Positions 11,007 to 21,354 are shown, counted from the whole stretch's first letter. The stretch: DNA of 60,192 bases, filler included, from 5 parts of 5 records of this genome joined end to end with filler, not necessarily neighbours in it; one strand, 5' to 3'. The notes: generated from the sequence alone by a model not told the origin. Made by a program: numbers and translations.

Positions 11007-11733
11007 ATGAGAATATTCACTCCTATATTGCTGGTATTTCTTATACTCTTTTGTGATGCAAAAGCGCAGGATGCAAACGGTGTGGTTTGCAATCCACTGA
11101 ATTTAAATTACAGGTATCAGTTGGATGAACCATCACGTCGTGAAGCTGCTGATCCCACAGTAATATGGTTTAAAGACCGTTATTTTCTTTTTGCATCAAA
11201 ATCGGGCGGTTATTGGCATTCAACAGATTTAATAAAATGGGAGTTTATTGAAACCAACCAGATTCCAACAGAAGATTATGCACCCACTGCAATTACTATC
11301 GGTGATACCATCTATTTTTTGGCATCTTCTTATATGCAAAGCACCATTTATAAAACGGCTGATCCGCTTTCAGGAAATTGGAGTATTGCTAAAGAAAGGC
11401 TGGAAAAAGCAGTGTGGGATCCCGCTTTCTTTCTTGATGATGATAACAGGCTCTTTTTATACTGGGGAATTATGAAACCCATTTATGGTGTTGAATTGGA
11501 TTATAAAAATAACTTCAGTTTTGTGGGGGAACCTGAAATTCTTATTCAACCAGATATTGAGAAGTATGGTTGGGAAATCAGCGGAGATGATAATAAAATG
11601 ATTGAAAAAGGCTCGTTTATTGAAGGCGCCTGGATGAACAAACACAAAGGGAAATATTACTTGCAATATGCTACTCCGGGCACTCAATTTAAAAGTTATG
11701 CCGATGGCGTTTATGTTTCTGAAAATCCGCTTG
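11007..11733 (+). CDS. Glycoside hydrolase family 43, truncated by contig end
   Basis: Signal peptide; CNPLNLNY..RREAADP; WDPAFFLDDD; IEGAWM..YYLQYA. Confidence 0.85.
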
Positions 11734-11833
11734 NNNNNNNNNNNNNNNNNNNNNNNNNNNNNNNNNNNNNNNNNNNNTTAATTAATTAANNNNNNNNNNN
11801 NNNNNNNNNNNNNNNNNNNNNNNNNNNNNNNNN
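11734..11833. other. Artificial contig spacer
   Basis: 44 N + TTAATTAATTAA (stops in six frames) + 44 N. Confidence 0.98.
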
Positions 11834-12143
11834 TCGTCTCTACATCTAATATTACCTCAGCAACTAATGTGTTTTTTTGCTCTAGTGCAGTAATATCTTG
11901 CGTGTTGGTACTTACTTGAGTGTTTATATCTGTGATATCTTGAGCATTAGTACTTACTTGAGTGTTTATATTGGTGATAGCTTGCGTATTAGTACTCACT
12001 TGACTGTCTGTATTGGCTATATCTTGGGCGTTGGTATGCATACTACTGTCTATTACATCTAGATTAGCATTTTGTACAGCTATGTCATAAAATTCTGTTT
12101 CTTCTGGTTTGGTTAAACTATAATTAGTTGTTGGAGTACTCAA
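11834..12143 (-). CDS. Tail fibre N-terminus with 14-aa coiled-coil repeats (truncated)
   Basis: TTNYSLTKP..FYDI...N.N.D.ID fibre-anchor pattern directly after the baseplate genes; TN(A/T)QDIT.INTQVS repeats. Confidence 0.75.
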
Positions 12144-12688
12144 CTAATCACCTCCTCTTTTAGTTGCTTGTGTGTATAGGCGCTAAGTTGGCTATGGGTT
12201 AGCTCGTTAAGTGCTTCATGCATGTTATAGATTACGCTAATATCAATTAACATATTTGCTGGTAGTTGTCTGTTAAGTAGGTCATTAGCCTCTGCATACT
12301 GTTCTATTTGATGTAATGCGATTCTAGCAATAACTTTATACTGATCATTTTCAACAACAAGACTATATCCATCTTCACCACACAAAACCGCTAGTTGTTC
12401 TTTCAATCCCATTAATGTATAAGGAATTTTACTGTTTATTCGTGACAATACCCTAAACTTCCTATCTGCTAACGTATTAGTGGCTTTAGGATCAATCCCA
12501 AGTAGGGCTTCCCAGCGTTTAACTCCGTTTTCAGTGGCGGTTAATATAAATTGGTCATAAAACACACCCTCAAGGGCTTGTAATGCTAAATCATGTTGGA
12601 TACTAACCGTTGAGCAAATAGCTTGAAATTCTTTGATATCTTTAAAAACTTGGGGTAAATAATCAATCAAATTATCCACTAACATCAC
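12140..12688 (-). CDS. Baseplate wedge protein (XkdU/DUF2313-like)
   Basis: LIDYLP..IKEF; TATENGVKRWE..LGI; DRKFR; LPAN; position after baseplate J. Confidence 0.8.
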   Translation of the reverse strand: MMLVDNLIDYLPQVFKDIKEFQAICSTVSIQHDLALQALEGVFYDQFILTATENGVKRWEALLGIDPKATNTLADRKFRVLSRINSKIPYTLMGLKEQLAVLCGEDGYSLVVENDQYKVIARIALHQIEQYAEANDLLNRQLPANMLIDISVIYNMHEALNELTHSQLSAYTHKQLKEEVIS

Positions 12689-13726
12689 CTCGTATCGGTA
12701 CGCCGTTAACCGTATAATTACTTGCGTTTTCGTTTATGGTAACCTCAGATACATCGATCACCCCTTGGAGTTCCATAACTCTTATGATTAGCTGCGATTT
12801 ATTAACTATCAAACTTTCGCTATCTTCCCATGCTTGCTTAAGCTCTAAAAAGTAATTATCAATTACAGCATAAACATATGACTCTATAGCAGCCCAATCA
12901 TAATTATTTGCAGTGTCATATGTAATTGATAAAACTATGTCTATTGTATCCTCGTTTGCACCAACAACGGTTACAACATGCCCTATTGGAGCTATCCCAA
13001 CCCCTTCACCAGCATTCACTACCGGATCAATAGCGGTTTGCACTTCATCAATTAATGCAGTACTTGGCGAATCATAATCACTGTTAATAAACTCAATCTT
13101 TACCGTTCCGCCACCGTTCCATGCAGGGTGAACTTTAACACCGCCTACGCCTTGTAATGCGTTTACTTTCACCCTATAATCTTCTTTGTTGCCTCCGAAT
13201 GCTTCCGTTGCCAAGCTATCTATATACCTATTCCTAAATACCTCGGTGTCTTCCTCATCCTCCCCCGGAATAATTAACTCTGTTAATTCAGCAGAGGTTA
13301 GCCCTTCTATGTACTCTATCGGTATAATGCTACCAAAATTACCGTTACCTACAGTTCCCACGGTTTCGCATTCCAATTTATACTCATAATCAGCAATTTT
13401 TTCTGTTACTTCGTAATTCAAGCTACCTAGTGAAAATCTTGCACCAATAGGTACGCTAATATTGAATACGCCTTTAAGAATTGCCTTAGTTGCTGGGTAC
13501 GGCTCTAACCCTCTTTCTTCCGCTCTTTTTTTAGGTATTCCCTGCTTGCGCTATTTGCAAAGGTTTCATCTAAAATCACATCCATTTGTATATACATTTC
13601 TTTTATTTTAATGGCTATGGGTGCGACAGCCGTATAGATCAATGACCCTTCACGCTTATCTATGTCATTAGAAACCTCATTAAGCATATCGTCAATAATG
13701 TTTTCAACCGTTATATTCTCATACAT
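12672..13726 (-). CDS. Baseplate J-like protein (XkdT); split at the T7 run 13526-13532
   Basis: DKREGSLIY; FGGNKEDY; PAWNGGGTVK; APIGHVVTV. Adding one A gives YLKKRAEERG and joins both ORFs. Confidence 0.88.
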
Positions 13727-14099
13727 TTATCAAAACCTCGTCTTCAAATCCTCCGTAAATAGTATTAACAGTAAATTTAACTTGTGTTTCACCCCTATTA
13801 CTCGTAAAAGAAAAATCACTTATACTTTTTATACGGTCATCTTGCAAAAGGGCTTCACTTATTCTCCTTTTTAGCTCAGGGTATGCAAAACCTTTATTTT
13901 TGCCTATCAAATCAGATAATTCTATGCCATAATTCCAACTATAAATCACATGCTCATATCGTTCAATATTAAGGATGAAATAAACCGTCTGCTTGACTGC
14001 TTCAAGCTCATCAATCCTAACACTGGTATTATCTTTAGCGTACGTTTTAGATGGTTGGATAGCTGTATCAATCGTGGGGGTATATATATTAGGTATCAT
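13719..14099 (-). CDS. Baseplate gp25-like protein (XkdS/DUF2634)
   Basis: EAVKQ..LNIERY..IYSWNYGIEL; ISEALLQDDRI; VNTIYG. Confidence 0.85.
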   Translation of the reverse strand: MIPNIYTPTIDTAIQPSKTYAKDNTSVRIDELEAVKQTVYFILNIERYEHVIYSWNYGIELSDLIGKNKGFAYPELKRRISEALLQDDRIKSISDFSFTSNRGETQVKFTVNTIYGGFEDEVLINV

Positions 14100-14350
14100 C
14101 TAATCACATCCAATACAATATATTTTTGTCCACCCTGCGCCATTAAAAGAACTACCTTATCATTTAATGCAAGCTGGTCAATTTTTTGGGTATCTATAAT
14201 ATGCTCATTAGTCAATATCAACTTTTGGTTTAGTTTTATACAAATGGGATTTAGGCTTGTGACTTCCCCGTATACGCAATCCGTAGGCTTTGATGCCTCG
14301 AAAGCTTTCAAAGCAGTATGCTTTATTAATCTAATCAAATCAGCTGACAT
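14096..14350 (-). CDS. XkdR/DUF2577-like baseplate spike protein
   Basis: GEVTSLNP; DKVVLL..QGGQKYIVLD; gene order. Confidence 0.75.
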   Translation of the reverse strand: MSADLIRLIKHTALKAFEASKPTDCVYGEVTSLNPICIKLNQKLILTNEHIIDTQKIDQLALNDKVVLLMAQGGQKYIVLDVIR

Positions 14351-15301
14351 TAAATTCACCCCCTACCACGGTTAAGTCCACTGAATGTTCATTGTTTTTA
14401 AAATAATGTTTAGCTTTATCAATTAACATATAACTGCTTATTTTAACATCTTCTAAATCTAATAATATAATGGGAGAAGCTCCCGCCCTTAACCGGATAT
14501 CTCCTAACACTTTTTTAATAGTAAGCTTTTTCTTCTTTTTATTTTTTAGAGAGAGTAATATCTCAGCTTGATTTTTAGGATTTATCCCATCATCGGCTTT
14601 TGTGTAGTGCTGCAACACTCCCCATTTGTTTATATTGACAGAATCCTGCGTAATATAAACTTCTGTATTGCCCGTCTCTTCGTTTTCTTTCACTACTTTA
14701 ATTTTGTTATATGTATCCTCAATAGATGATGTATAATTGTAACTAGTAGCTGTCTCTGCATCTATTAACACATCAAGTTTAAGATTTTCAACATCATTTA
14801 ATACTAATTTCCCGAAATCGTCATACAACTCATAAAGTTTTCCTGTGTTCCTTAAATTCGCATCTAACGCATATAAGATAATATCTATTAGTGTTTTGTC
14901 TTCCTCTATCCTGGACGGTAGTTCAAAACCGGTGCGTTCTAAATCTCCATAGTTCAATCTAAAATCATCAGCTATTAATTTGATTAGAGTGTCCGCCGTT
15001 AGTCCACTATACTGATATGTATCTTTATTCTTTTTCAAGTAAATTAACTGGTCGTAGCAGGTAACTTTTACAGTTCCTTTTTTTGATTAGCTTTCTTCGT
15101 GAATATGAAAGCAAAAACCACCCCAACATCATTATATTTCAGCATCACCGGGTTACCCTCTTCAAAATCTAGTGTTTCATCTTGATAGACTTCAAAAGTA
15201 ATCTTCCCTGGAACGCCTCCCCTTTCTGTTTGCCATGTTACACCATCTACAACAGACGGGATGAAAATTTTATCTCCATTATTAATGTAAATATTAAACA
15301 A
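14340..15301 (-). CDS. Baseplate hub (XkdQ-like); split at the T7 run 15078-15084
   Basis: WQTERGGVPGK; the restored frame reads CYDQLIYLKKNKDTY; LYDDFGKL; WGVLQ. Confidence 0.82.
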
Positions 15302-15947
15302 GCCTTAACACCTGCCCGACTTCAATACTATTTGGACTAGATAGGTTGTTAATCTCCATTAATTCCGTATACTTTTCACCGTCTCCGAATTCCTTTTTTG
15401 CTATTTCATAGATAGATTCATTAGCCAAAACAATATGAAATTCATTCACATCTTTACTACTTCTTTGTTCTATTAATGATGCCGTTTTGCCATCATCACT
15501 AATGTTTAATGTTTTCGTTCCAAATTCTCTATATTGTCTTAACTTAATCTTTACCCCTGTATCTAGTCCGTATTTTTTAGCATCCTCTATAAGGCTATAA
15601 TCTTCAATAGATACTTTCATATTAGTACTATGCAATAGCTCACCAGACGGAGAGATTCGAGAAATAATAAACCTAAATGCTTTTTTGTCAACCTTTAATT
15701 CTTCAAGTTTATTCAAATAGTAATCAACTGCGTTAAACCCGTTTTCATAGTTGGAAAAAGGATAGACTTGACTTAGGAGCAAAAATTCAAATTTAATTTC
15801 TGAAAGCCCCGGAGATTTTAATAAATTAATTTCGCCCTCGTTTAAAAGCGTTACTTTTTTGTTTTTATTTTTTATTTTAATCTCAATTTTAGATGGTGCT
15901 ACAGGTAATAAAACACCATCTAAATAAACCCTATACCCATTAGTCAT
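15294..15947 (-). CDS. XkdP-like tail tube initiator with C-terminal LysM
   Basis: LPVAPSKI; NEGEINLLKSPGL; C-terminal IYEIAKKEFGDG..N.L..PN.I.VGQVL. Confidence 0.85.
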   Translation of the reverse strand: MTNGYRVYLDGVLLPVAPSKIEIKIKNKNKKVTLLNEGEINLLKSPGLSEIKFEFLLLSQVYPFSNYENGFNAVDYYLNKLEELKVDKKAFRFIISRISPSGELLHSTNMKVSIEDYSLIEDAKKYGLDTGVKIKLRQYREFGTKTLNISDDGKTASLIEQRSSKDVNEFHIVLANESIYEIAKKEFGDGEKYTELMEINNLSSPNSIEVGQVLRLV

Positions 15948-17865
15948 AGCTATATTCTCCTTCGGCAACGGTTTCCATAGCTTCTTGTAGCTTTTCTTCT
16001 AATTGTTCCACTATGCCATCTATATCAGTTTCCGTACCGATATCATTATAATTAGTCATATCAATTTTAATTTCTGCTGTAGTAAATCTATTTACGGCTT
16101 CTTGCTCTGCCGCATCTCGTATATATTTTAGTTCTTCTGTAGATTCATCCATAGAGTTCAATAAATCTTCGGTATTAGATGCAGTACCACCGGTGTTAAA
16201 TGCGATATCGCCAATAGCTGCACTTTGTATAGCTCCGCCCCCGCCGCCTCCATTTTGTGCAGCTGTTATCTCATTTTGTCTATCTTGATGTGCAGCATCT
16301 TCGCTAAGCACCATGTTTATTAGCTCAGTTTCTTTTAATGCTTCCCAATCCGCCATAATGTCGGACTTATTAGCTAGATCGCTCGCCATTGATTGCTTAT
16401 ACGCCGCCGCCGCTAAATCCATCCCTGTCGCAAAGGTAACCTCGTCTATAGCGTTTATAGATACGCCTTCGATTTTGTTGAGAGTGTTTATAAAAGCGTT
16501 TAATATTCCTATAGCCCCATTTACCATGTCTTGCATGCTCGTAAGAACATTAACGCCCATGTCTATAACGTACCCAACTACCGCATTTCTTACGCCTAAC
16601 CACACTATTGTCATCTTGTTAATGAATTTTTGTACTGCGAATATGCCTGACGCTATGGCTATAACAAAGGTACTCCATGATGTTTTCATCGCATCAACGA
16701 ACTCTAACCATGTAGCCTTTATCCCTATCGTAGTTGCCCCAAATGCAAACAACGCCCCAATCACCAAGGCTATTACGGCAACTATCCAAAACCACGGATT
16801 AGCCGTCATTGCCGCATTTAACGCCCATTGTGCGTATGTTGCCGCATGTGTAGCAACGGTATATATCCCAAATGCTGCCGCTCCTATTATTAGTGCAGTT
16901 GCTATCCCGGTTAGGATTGGTTCTAATGTATCCCAATTTTCGCCAATCCATGAGGCTGCGCCCCCTAGAAATTCTAAGAATGGGTTAAAATAATCCTGCA
17001 ATGTATTCAAAACTACGTTCCATACCTCTGCCCACGTCCAGGGCATTTGTTCAAACATAGCATTGGTTTCATCCGCTGCATTAAACATAGCATTTTTGAT
17101 GATATTTGATGTTATCCGCCCTTCGCTACTCATTTCCCGCAGCTCTCCAACTGATACACCGAATTCATCGGCTATCGCCCTTGCTAACATTGGTGCATTT
17201 TCCATTATGGAGCGGAATTCATCACCCTGTAATCGTCCGGCGGACATAGCCTGGGTTAACTGATACATCGCCGCCGATTGTTCCTGTACGCTTGCACCGC
17301 CTATTTTGAATTGTTTATTTAACAGTTCGGCAAAATGTATTATTTCATCATTGCCAGAAAACGCCTCTGAGGCTAATAATCCCAATTTTCCAACGGATTT
17401 TGCAATATCATTATATACACCTCTGGAACTTTGGGCTGATACAAAAATCGATCGTTGTAGCTCTTCATTGGTTCTTAGCCCGTCATTCATCAAATTAAGA
17501 CGTGCGTTATTTTGTGTTATGGTATCGGATAAATCCAAGGCTTTTTTCAATCCCATAGCACCGGCAACGCCAACAACAGCACTTTTCAAGTTATTCATAA
17601 GGTTTGTTGATTTTCGAGTTTCGTTATTAAACTTTTCCTCTTCTTGCCTTGCCCTTTCAATGTTTTCTTCAATACTATTAATGCTAACGTTCGCTTGGTC
17701 GAGTTCTTCCTTAGCTGCTCGTAGTCCTGAAACGTCAATAGGGTTACTACTCGCTGATTGCATGGATTCCAAATTCGTTATAACAATTCGTAGTGCATTA
17801 TTAATAGATTTCAGGGCGGGAGACATTCCATCATATAATCTAAATGCTGATTTTATAGTAGCCAT
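15940..17865 (-). CDS. Tape measure protein (641 aa)
   Basis: AMYQLTQAMSAGRLQGDEFRSIMENAP tape-measure motif; Ala-rich, with hydrophobic ANPWFWI segment. Confidence 0.92.
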   Translation of the reverse strand: MATIKSAFRLYDGMSPALKSINNALRIVITNLESMQSASSNPIDVSGLRAAKEELDQANVSINSIEENIERARQEEEKFNNETRKSTNLMNNLKSAVVGVAGAMGLKKALDLSDTITQNNARLNLMNDGLRTNEELQRSIFVSAQSSRGVYNDIAKSVGKLGLLASEAFSGNDEIIHFAELLNKQFKIGGASVQEQSAAMYQLTQAMSAGRLQGDEFRSIMENAPMLARAIADEFGVSVGELREMSSEGRITSNIIKNAMFNAADETNAMFEQMPWTWAEVWNVVLNTLQDYFNPFLEFLGGAASWIGENWDTLEPILTGIATALIIGAAAFGIYTVATHAATYAQWALNAAMTANPWFWIVAVIALVIGALFAFGATTIGIKATWLEFVDAMKTSWSTFVIAIASGIFAVQKFINKMTIVWLGVRNAVVGYVIDMGVNVLTSMQDMVNGAIGILNAFINTLNKIEGVSINAIDEVTFATGMDLAAAAYKQSMASDLANKSDIMADWEALKETELINMVLSEDAAHQDRQNEITAAQNGGGGGGAIQSAAIGDIAFNTGGTASNTEDLLNSMDESTEELKYIRDAAEQEAVNRFTTAEIKIDMTNYNDIGTETDIDGIVEQLEEKLQEAMETVAEGEYSYD

Positions 17866-17873
17866 TATTTTAT

Positions 17874-18053
17874 TTACCGCCCTCTCTTCACTTTTCGGCT
17901 TTCTTTTTTATCGTTTTCCACTTTTATGTCTATTGCTGCTTTTATAAAAGCTCTTTCCTCTCTTGGCAACGCTAGATATTGACTGGGAAGTAATTTAAAT
18001 TTATGAAGGCAATAATAAGCCTGTGTAGCTTCAAAATCGCCTTCATTTATTAG
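17874..18053 (-). CDS. Tail assembly chaperone -1 frame extension (gpGT-like); not in the ORF track
   Basis: Open -1 frame LINEGDFEATQAYYCLHKFKLLPSQYLALPREERAFIKAAIDIKVE...GR*, beginning at slippery A AAA AAC (18059-18053). Confidence 0.8.
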   Translation of the reverse strand, partial: LINEGDFEATQAYYCLHKFKLLPSQYLALPREERAFIKAAIDIKVENDKKESRKVKRGR

Positions 18054-18475
18054 TTTTTTGCCTCTTCCACCAAATCTTCCATAGTAACATCATAGCCGTT
18101 TATTTCTTGAACTTTGTTAGCCAAGTCAGCATGTTCACCGGGCACAAGCATCTTTTTGAGTAAATCGCTTTCCCCCATAACCCCCCAAGCGTTTTGTAGT
18201 TCTGAATCTTTTAAATTCGGCTCTATAACGCAGGCTGCAATCATCATCCCCATGTATTTATCCGTGTCAAAGTCCGGTATCCTTATACCGTTTTTCCCTT
18301 TGACTTTTTTAGTGCATTCCCTTCTTATTCTGCCGTCTTCCATAGCGGTTAAAGGCATTAATAACCATTCTATAGGTTTGCCGTCCTTGCTTTTAAATCT
18401 TTTGGAGACAACAAAACTAATAGGTTTTATTTCCTCAACTTTATCGGGCATAAACGCCCGTAAATTATTAGCCAT
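18050..18475 (-). CDS. Tail assembly chaperone (XkdN-like)
   Basis: VSKRFK..DGKPIEW; PNLKDSELQ..WGV; ends EEAKN*; lies between tube and tape measure. Confidence 0.88.
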   Translation of the reverse strand: MANNLRAFMPDKVEEIKPISFVVSKRFKSKDGKPIEWLLMPLTAMEDGRIRRECTKKVKGKNGIRIPDFDTDKYMGMMIAACVIEPNLKDSELQNAWGVMGESDLLKKMLVPGEHADLANKVQEINGYDVTMEDLVEEAKN

Positions 18476-18948
18476 TAACTCATCCCTTTCAATTCAGTAA
18501 ATTGTTCTGGAAAATCAAAATCTTCAAAGGTAAAATCGAAATCTTCCTCGAGTATTTCTGCATCCGCATCTATTTTCGCCAATACCACTTTATCCATACT
18601 ACAGTCCCGTAAAATTACCGTTTGTCGTCCAACGGATGCCGTTGGATCTTCGTTGGTCAGTTGCATATCAAAATAGAATGACTCCCCGGTTTCTTTATAT
18701 CGGTGCGCAAGTTTTCTGAAAACGCTCGTGTTTAAATATAAAGTAGCACTGCCTTTACCATCCCACCCAACAAGTTTATGCCCCATTCCTGTTTTTCCCA
18801 ATATCGGAACGTCAGCTTTTTTCAATTCCATAGTGGCTTCGATATTCTTCAACTGCATCAAATGAAATCTGTCGTTCTCAATCGTGACATAGCATTCACC
18901 AAGTTTCGCAGATACCGCATCCTTGGCGAGCATTTTTTTATTATTCAT
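18475..18948 (-). CDS. Tail tube protein (XkdM-like)
   Basis: GWDGKGSATLY; YFDMQLTNEDPT; EEDFDFTFEDFD. Confidence 0.9.
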   Translation of the reverse strand: MNNKKMLAKDAVSAKLGECYVTIENDRFHLMQLKNIEATMELKKADVPILGKTGMGHKLVGWDGKGSATLYLNTSVFRKLAHRYKETGESFYFDMQLTNEDPTASVGRQTVILRDCSMDKVVLAKIDADAEILEEDFDFTFEDFDFPEQFTELKGMS

Positions 18949-18960
18949 TTCTTATCCTTT

Positions 18961-20274
18961 CTACTGCACAACTACAGTCATATATAATTGATTCATGGCA
19001 TATAGTGGTGTGATATAATCCGTTACAACAACAGATTTCTTATCATCGCCTTGCTCAACTAGCACATCAGACGAGCTAAAGTTTTCAATAGCTCCCGTTG
19101 CTTCCAACTCATTGTGATGTTTTACAATATCGCCCCAAAGCCCAATACGACTAGCAGCATCGTTCGGTTTCAATCCTAAATACTTAGTATTAAACAGAGT
19201 TGCTATATCGTTAGCAACTTGATCAACAACTCGTATTGTCTGATTGTTAGAAAAATCGGATGTTTTTTCAGTCGAAAAAGTGATGAGTGTATTGATATCA
19301 CTCAATAGTCTTATCGTATCTCCGACACTATGAAACATAAGCTTGCCTGCATTTATAGCGGTTTCTAATGCCGATTGTGTGTAGTTTACATCTGGTGTAA
19401 ACTCACCGCTATACAACCTGTTTGTTATGCTTTCATGAATCGCCACGCTAGCACTTACGCCGCACACCCAATAAACAAGTGATGCTGCTAATTCTTCACT
19501 GTCTGAAACAGTATTCTCGACAGAAATAACGCCCTCGTAATCGGCTGTTTCTCGTCTGTATAGTACCGTTTGGAACTTAACGCCGTTTTCGTCTCGTAGC
19601 CTTTTAGTGTACTCTACAAATACATCTTTAATGGTGTCGGTTACAGATAAGCACCCCAACACATCAAAAGACACTGATTCAAATGCATCTAGCGCCGCTT
19701 GATATTCTGTTCCAGTTACATCATCTCCGTTTGTACCGCCTGTTAATGATATTCCCGCTGTAGCTAATAAGGTTGCACCGTTATTGAAATCCACAAAATC
19801 ATTGTCAAGTAACTCTGTGGCATTTGCAACCGTTTGAGTTTCAATCTCTAGGGTACTGAGCATGGTCGTAACATCAAATTTAGTTGGATCGTCAACATTT
19901 ACGGCAATGACTAATTGTAAGTCGTTACCTCTAGTACCTTTGTGCTTTGCCGTGCCAAAATCACATGTTGCTTTCACGCCGCCATTAATCAGCCTGAAAA
20001 AGTGTACTTTTGTAGCATTTAAAAACAAATCTCTTATCCCCTTTAATTTTGAATCTTCATATTGATAACCGAATGTTTTTAATGCAACAGTAGCAAAATC
20101 TTCATTCTCCACCGTGAAAACACTGCCCTCTTGCCCCCATGAAAACTCAATGGGTATCGCCACAATGCCCCTAGTACCTACCGCTTTAGCTGCGTTAGTT
20201 GAACTTACTACATTGATATACGACCCGGGTAAACTTTTATTTTCATTGCCAAATATTCCGCCGCCTAGTGCCAT
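18961..20274 (-). CDS. Contractile tail sheath protein (XkdK-like)
   Basis: MALGGG..NK.LPGSYIN; GTRGNDL; DINT; NQTIRVVDQ; LYMTV. Confidence 0.92.
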   Translation of the reverse strand: MALGGGIFGNENKSLPGSYINVVSSTNAAKAVGTRGIVAIPIEFSWGQEGSVFTVENEDFATVALKTFGYQYEDSKLKGIRDLFLNATKVHFFRLINGGVKATCDFGTAKHKGTRGNDLQLVIAVNVDDPTKFDVTTMLSTLEIETQTVANATELLDNDFVDFNNGATLLATAGISLTGGTNGDDVTGTEYQAALDAFESVSFDVLGCLSVTDTIKDVFVEYTKRLRDENGVKFQTVLYRRETADYEGVISVENTVSDSEELAASLVYWVCGVSASVAIHESITNRLYSGEFTPDVNYTQSALETAINAGKLMFHSVGDTIRLLSDINTLITFSTEKTSDFSNNQTIRVVDQVANDIATLFNTKYLGLKPNDAASRIGLWGDIVKHHNELEATGAIENFSSSDVLVEQGDDKKSVVVTDYITPLYAMNQLYMTVVVQ

Positions 20275-20275
20275 A

Positions 20276-20455
20276 TTATTTCACCCCTTTTTTGTCAAAT
20301 TGGTCTAATATTTCTTTAACCTGTTTATGCGAATATCGCCTGTTGTCATCAAGCAGAGCTGATAATACATCCCTGCGCCCCCTATACTTTGCACTTTTTA
20401 CAATGCTTTCTTTCGTAAAGCCAATGATCGGTTTTTTTTCTTTAATATTTTCCAC
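20276..20455 (-). CDS. Small 59-aa phage protein upstream of the sheath; not in the ORF track
   Basis: GTG start after AGGAG; FTKESIVKSAKY..RDVLSALL..YS..V; fills the gap in the operon. Confidence 0.65.
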   Translation of the reverse strand: MENIKEKKPIIGFTKESIVKSAKYRGRRDVLSALLDDNRRYSHKQVKEILDQFDKKGVK

Positions 20456-20460
20456 TTAAA

Positions 20461-20921
20461 TTACTCCTTAAACTCTAGTGTCATAGATTCCATTAAATCC
20501 TGTTCTTCCTCAACTTCTTTCAATGTGGTATTGAAATTAACGAAAAAATGCAGAACACCGTCTATAATTTCATAGTGCATAGAAGAACCTAGTATTTTGC
20601 CCGCTTCTTGATATGTTCCATCCTCTTTTTTTCGTGAAGAGTTAACAACTCAAACATATCCATAAGACTATCGCCTATGCTGTAGCATTCCTCATAATTA
20701 TTCTGTTCCTTTGGGAAATAGTGAATATCAAAATTATTTTCGTTGTTCCACATCTCAATAGCTGTCTTGCTTCTTTCAGGCGATAAACATTTAATAAAAA
20801 AACAAGGTTCTTTAAAACCCTGCTCAATCTGTTTAGTGTAAATTTTATAACTTTCTTGGTTATCATCCATGAAATTATTTTTCAACACAATTGATATGCT
20901 GTCGATAATATTATTTACCAT
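20461..20921 (-). CDS. Tail terminator-like protein; split at the T7 run 20626-20632
   Basis: IEQGFKEPCFFI; FDIHYFP; the shifted frame continues IIDGVLHFFVNF. Confidence 0.72.
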
Positions 20922-21354
20922 CGAAAACACCTCCTAAGAGTTTAGCGTATTCTTTTTCTATTATTTTAGGTGCAATCTTCCTTATTTCTGCCTCTGAGAT
21001 AGTCATCATAAAACGCCCTTCAACCCAGCCCTTAACCAGTCTTTTCCCAATAGCCGGAACAAATCTCCCAATGTGTTGCCTATGTCCAAACTCAACATAA
21101 GAGGCATAGGTTTTTTTATTGATAATCTCAATTTCGTAGTTATGCCCTTTTTTTGACACCTTACCAACAGTCCAGCCGTTTTTAAGCTGCCCTTTGTCTA
21201 CGGGCGTTCTTTTTATTACTCTTCTCAAGAATCGTAGGGCAATGTTTTTAGTCATCCTTTTAAGAAAGGCATCATAATCAACTTTTTCAAGTTTCCATAG
21301 CTTTTTTTGTAACTTTTGTAGTTCCTTGATGTCTACAGAACCCCATTTAGCCAT
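20911..21354 (-). CDS. HK97 gp10-family tail completion protein
   Basis: RTPVDKGQLKNGW; YASYVEFGHR; WVEGRFM. Confidence 0.88.
   Translation of the reverse strand: MAKWGSVDIKELQKLQKKLWKLEKVDYDAFLKRMTKNIALRFLRRVIKRTPVDKGQLKNGWTVGKVSKKGHNYEIEIINKKTYASYVEFGHRQHIGRFVPAIGKRLVKGWVEGRFMMTISEAEIRKIAPKIIEKEYAKLLGGVFDGK

Noticed and set aside
11778-11789. TTAATTAATTAA as a biological repeat
   Set aside because: Artificial six-frame-stop linker embedded in N runs; ORFs ending in XXXLIN are artefacts
11884-12035. CRISPR array or DGR repeat
   Set aside because: The repeats are in-frame, degenerate and have no spacers; no cas or reverse transcriptase gene in the window
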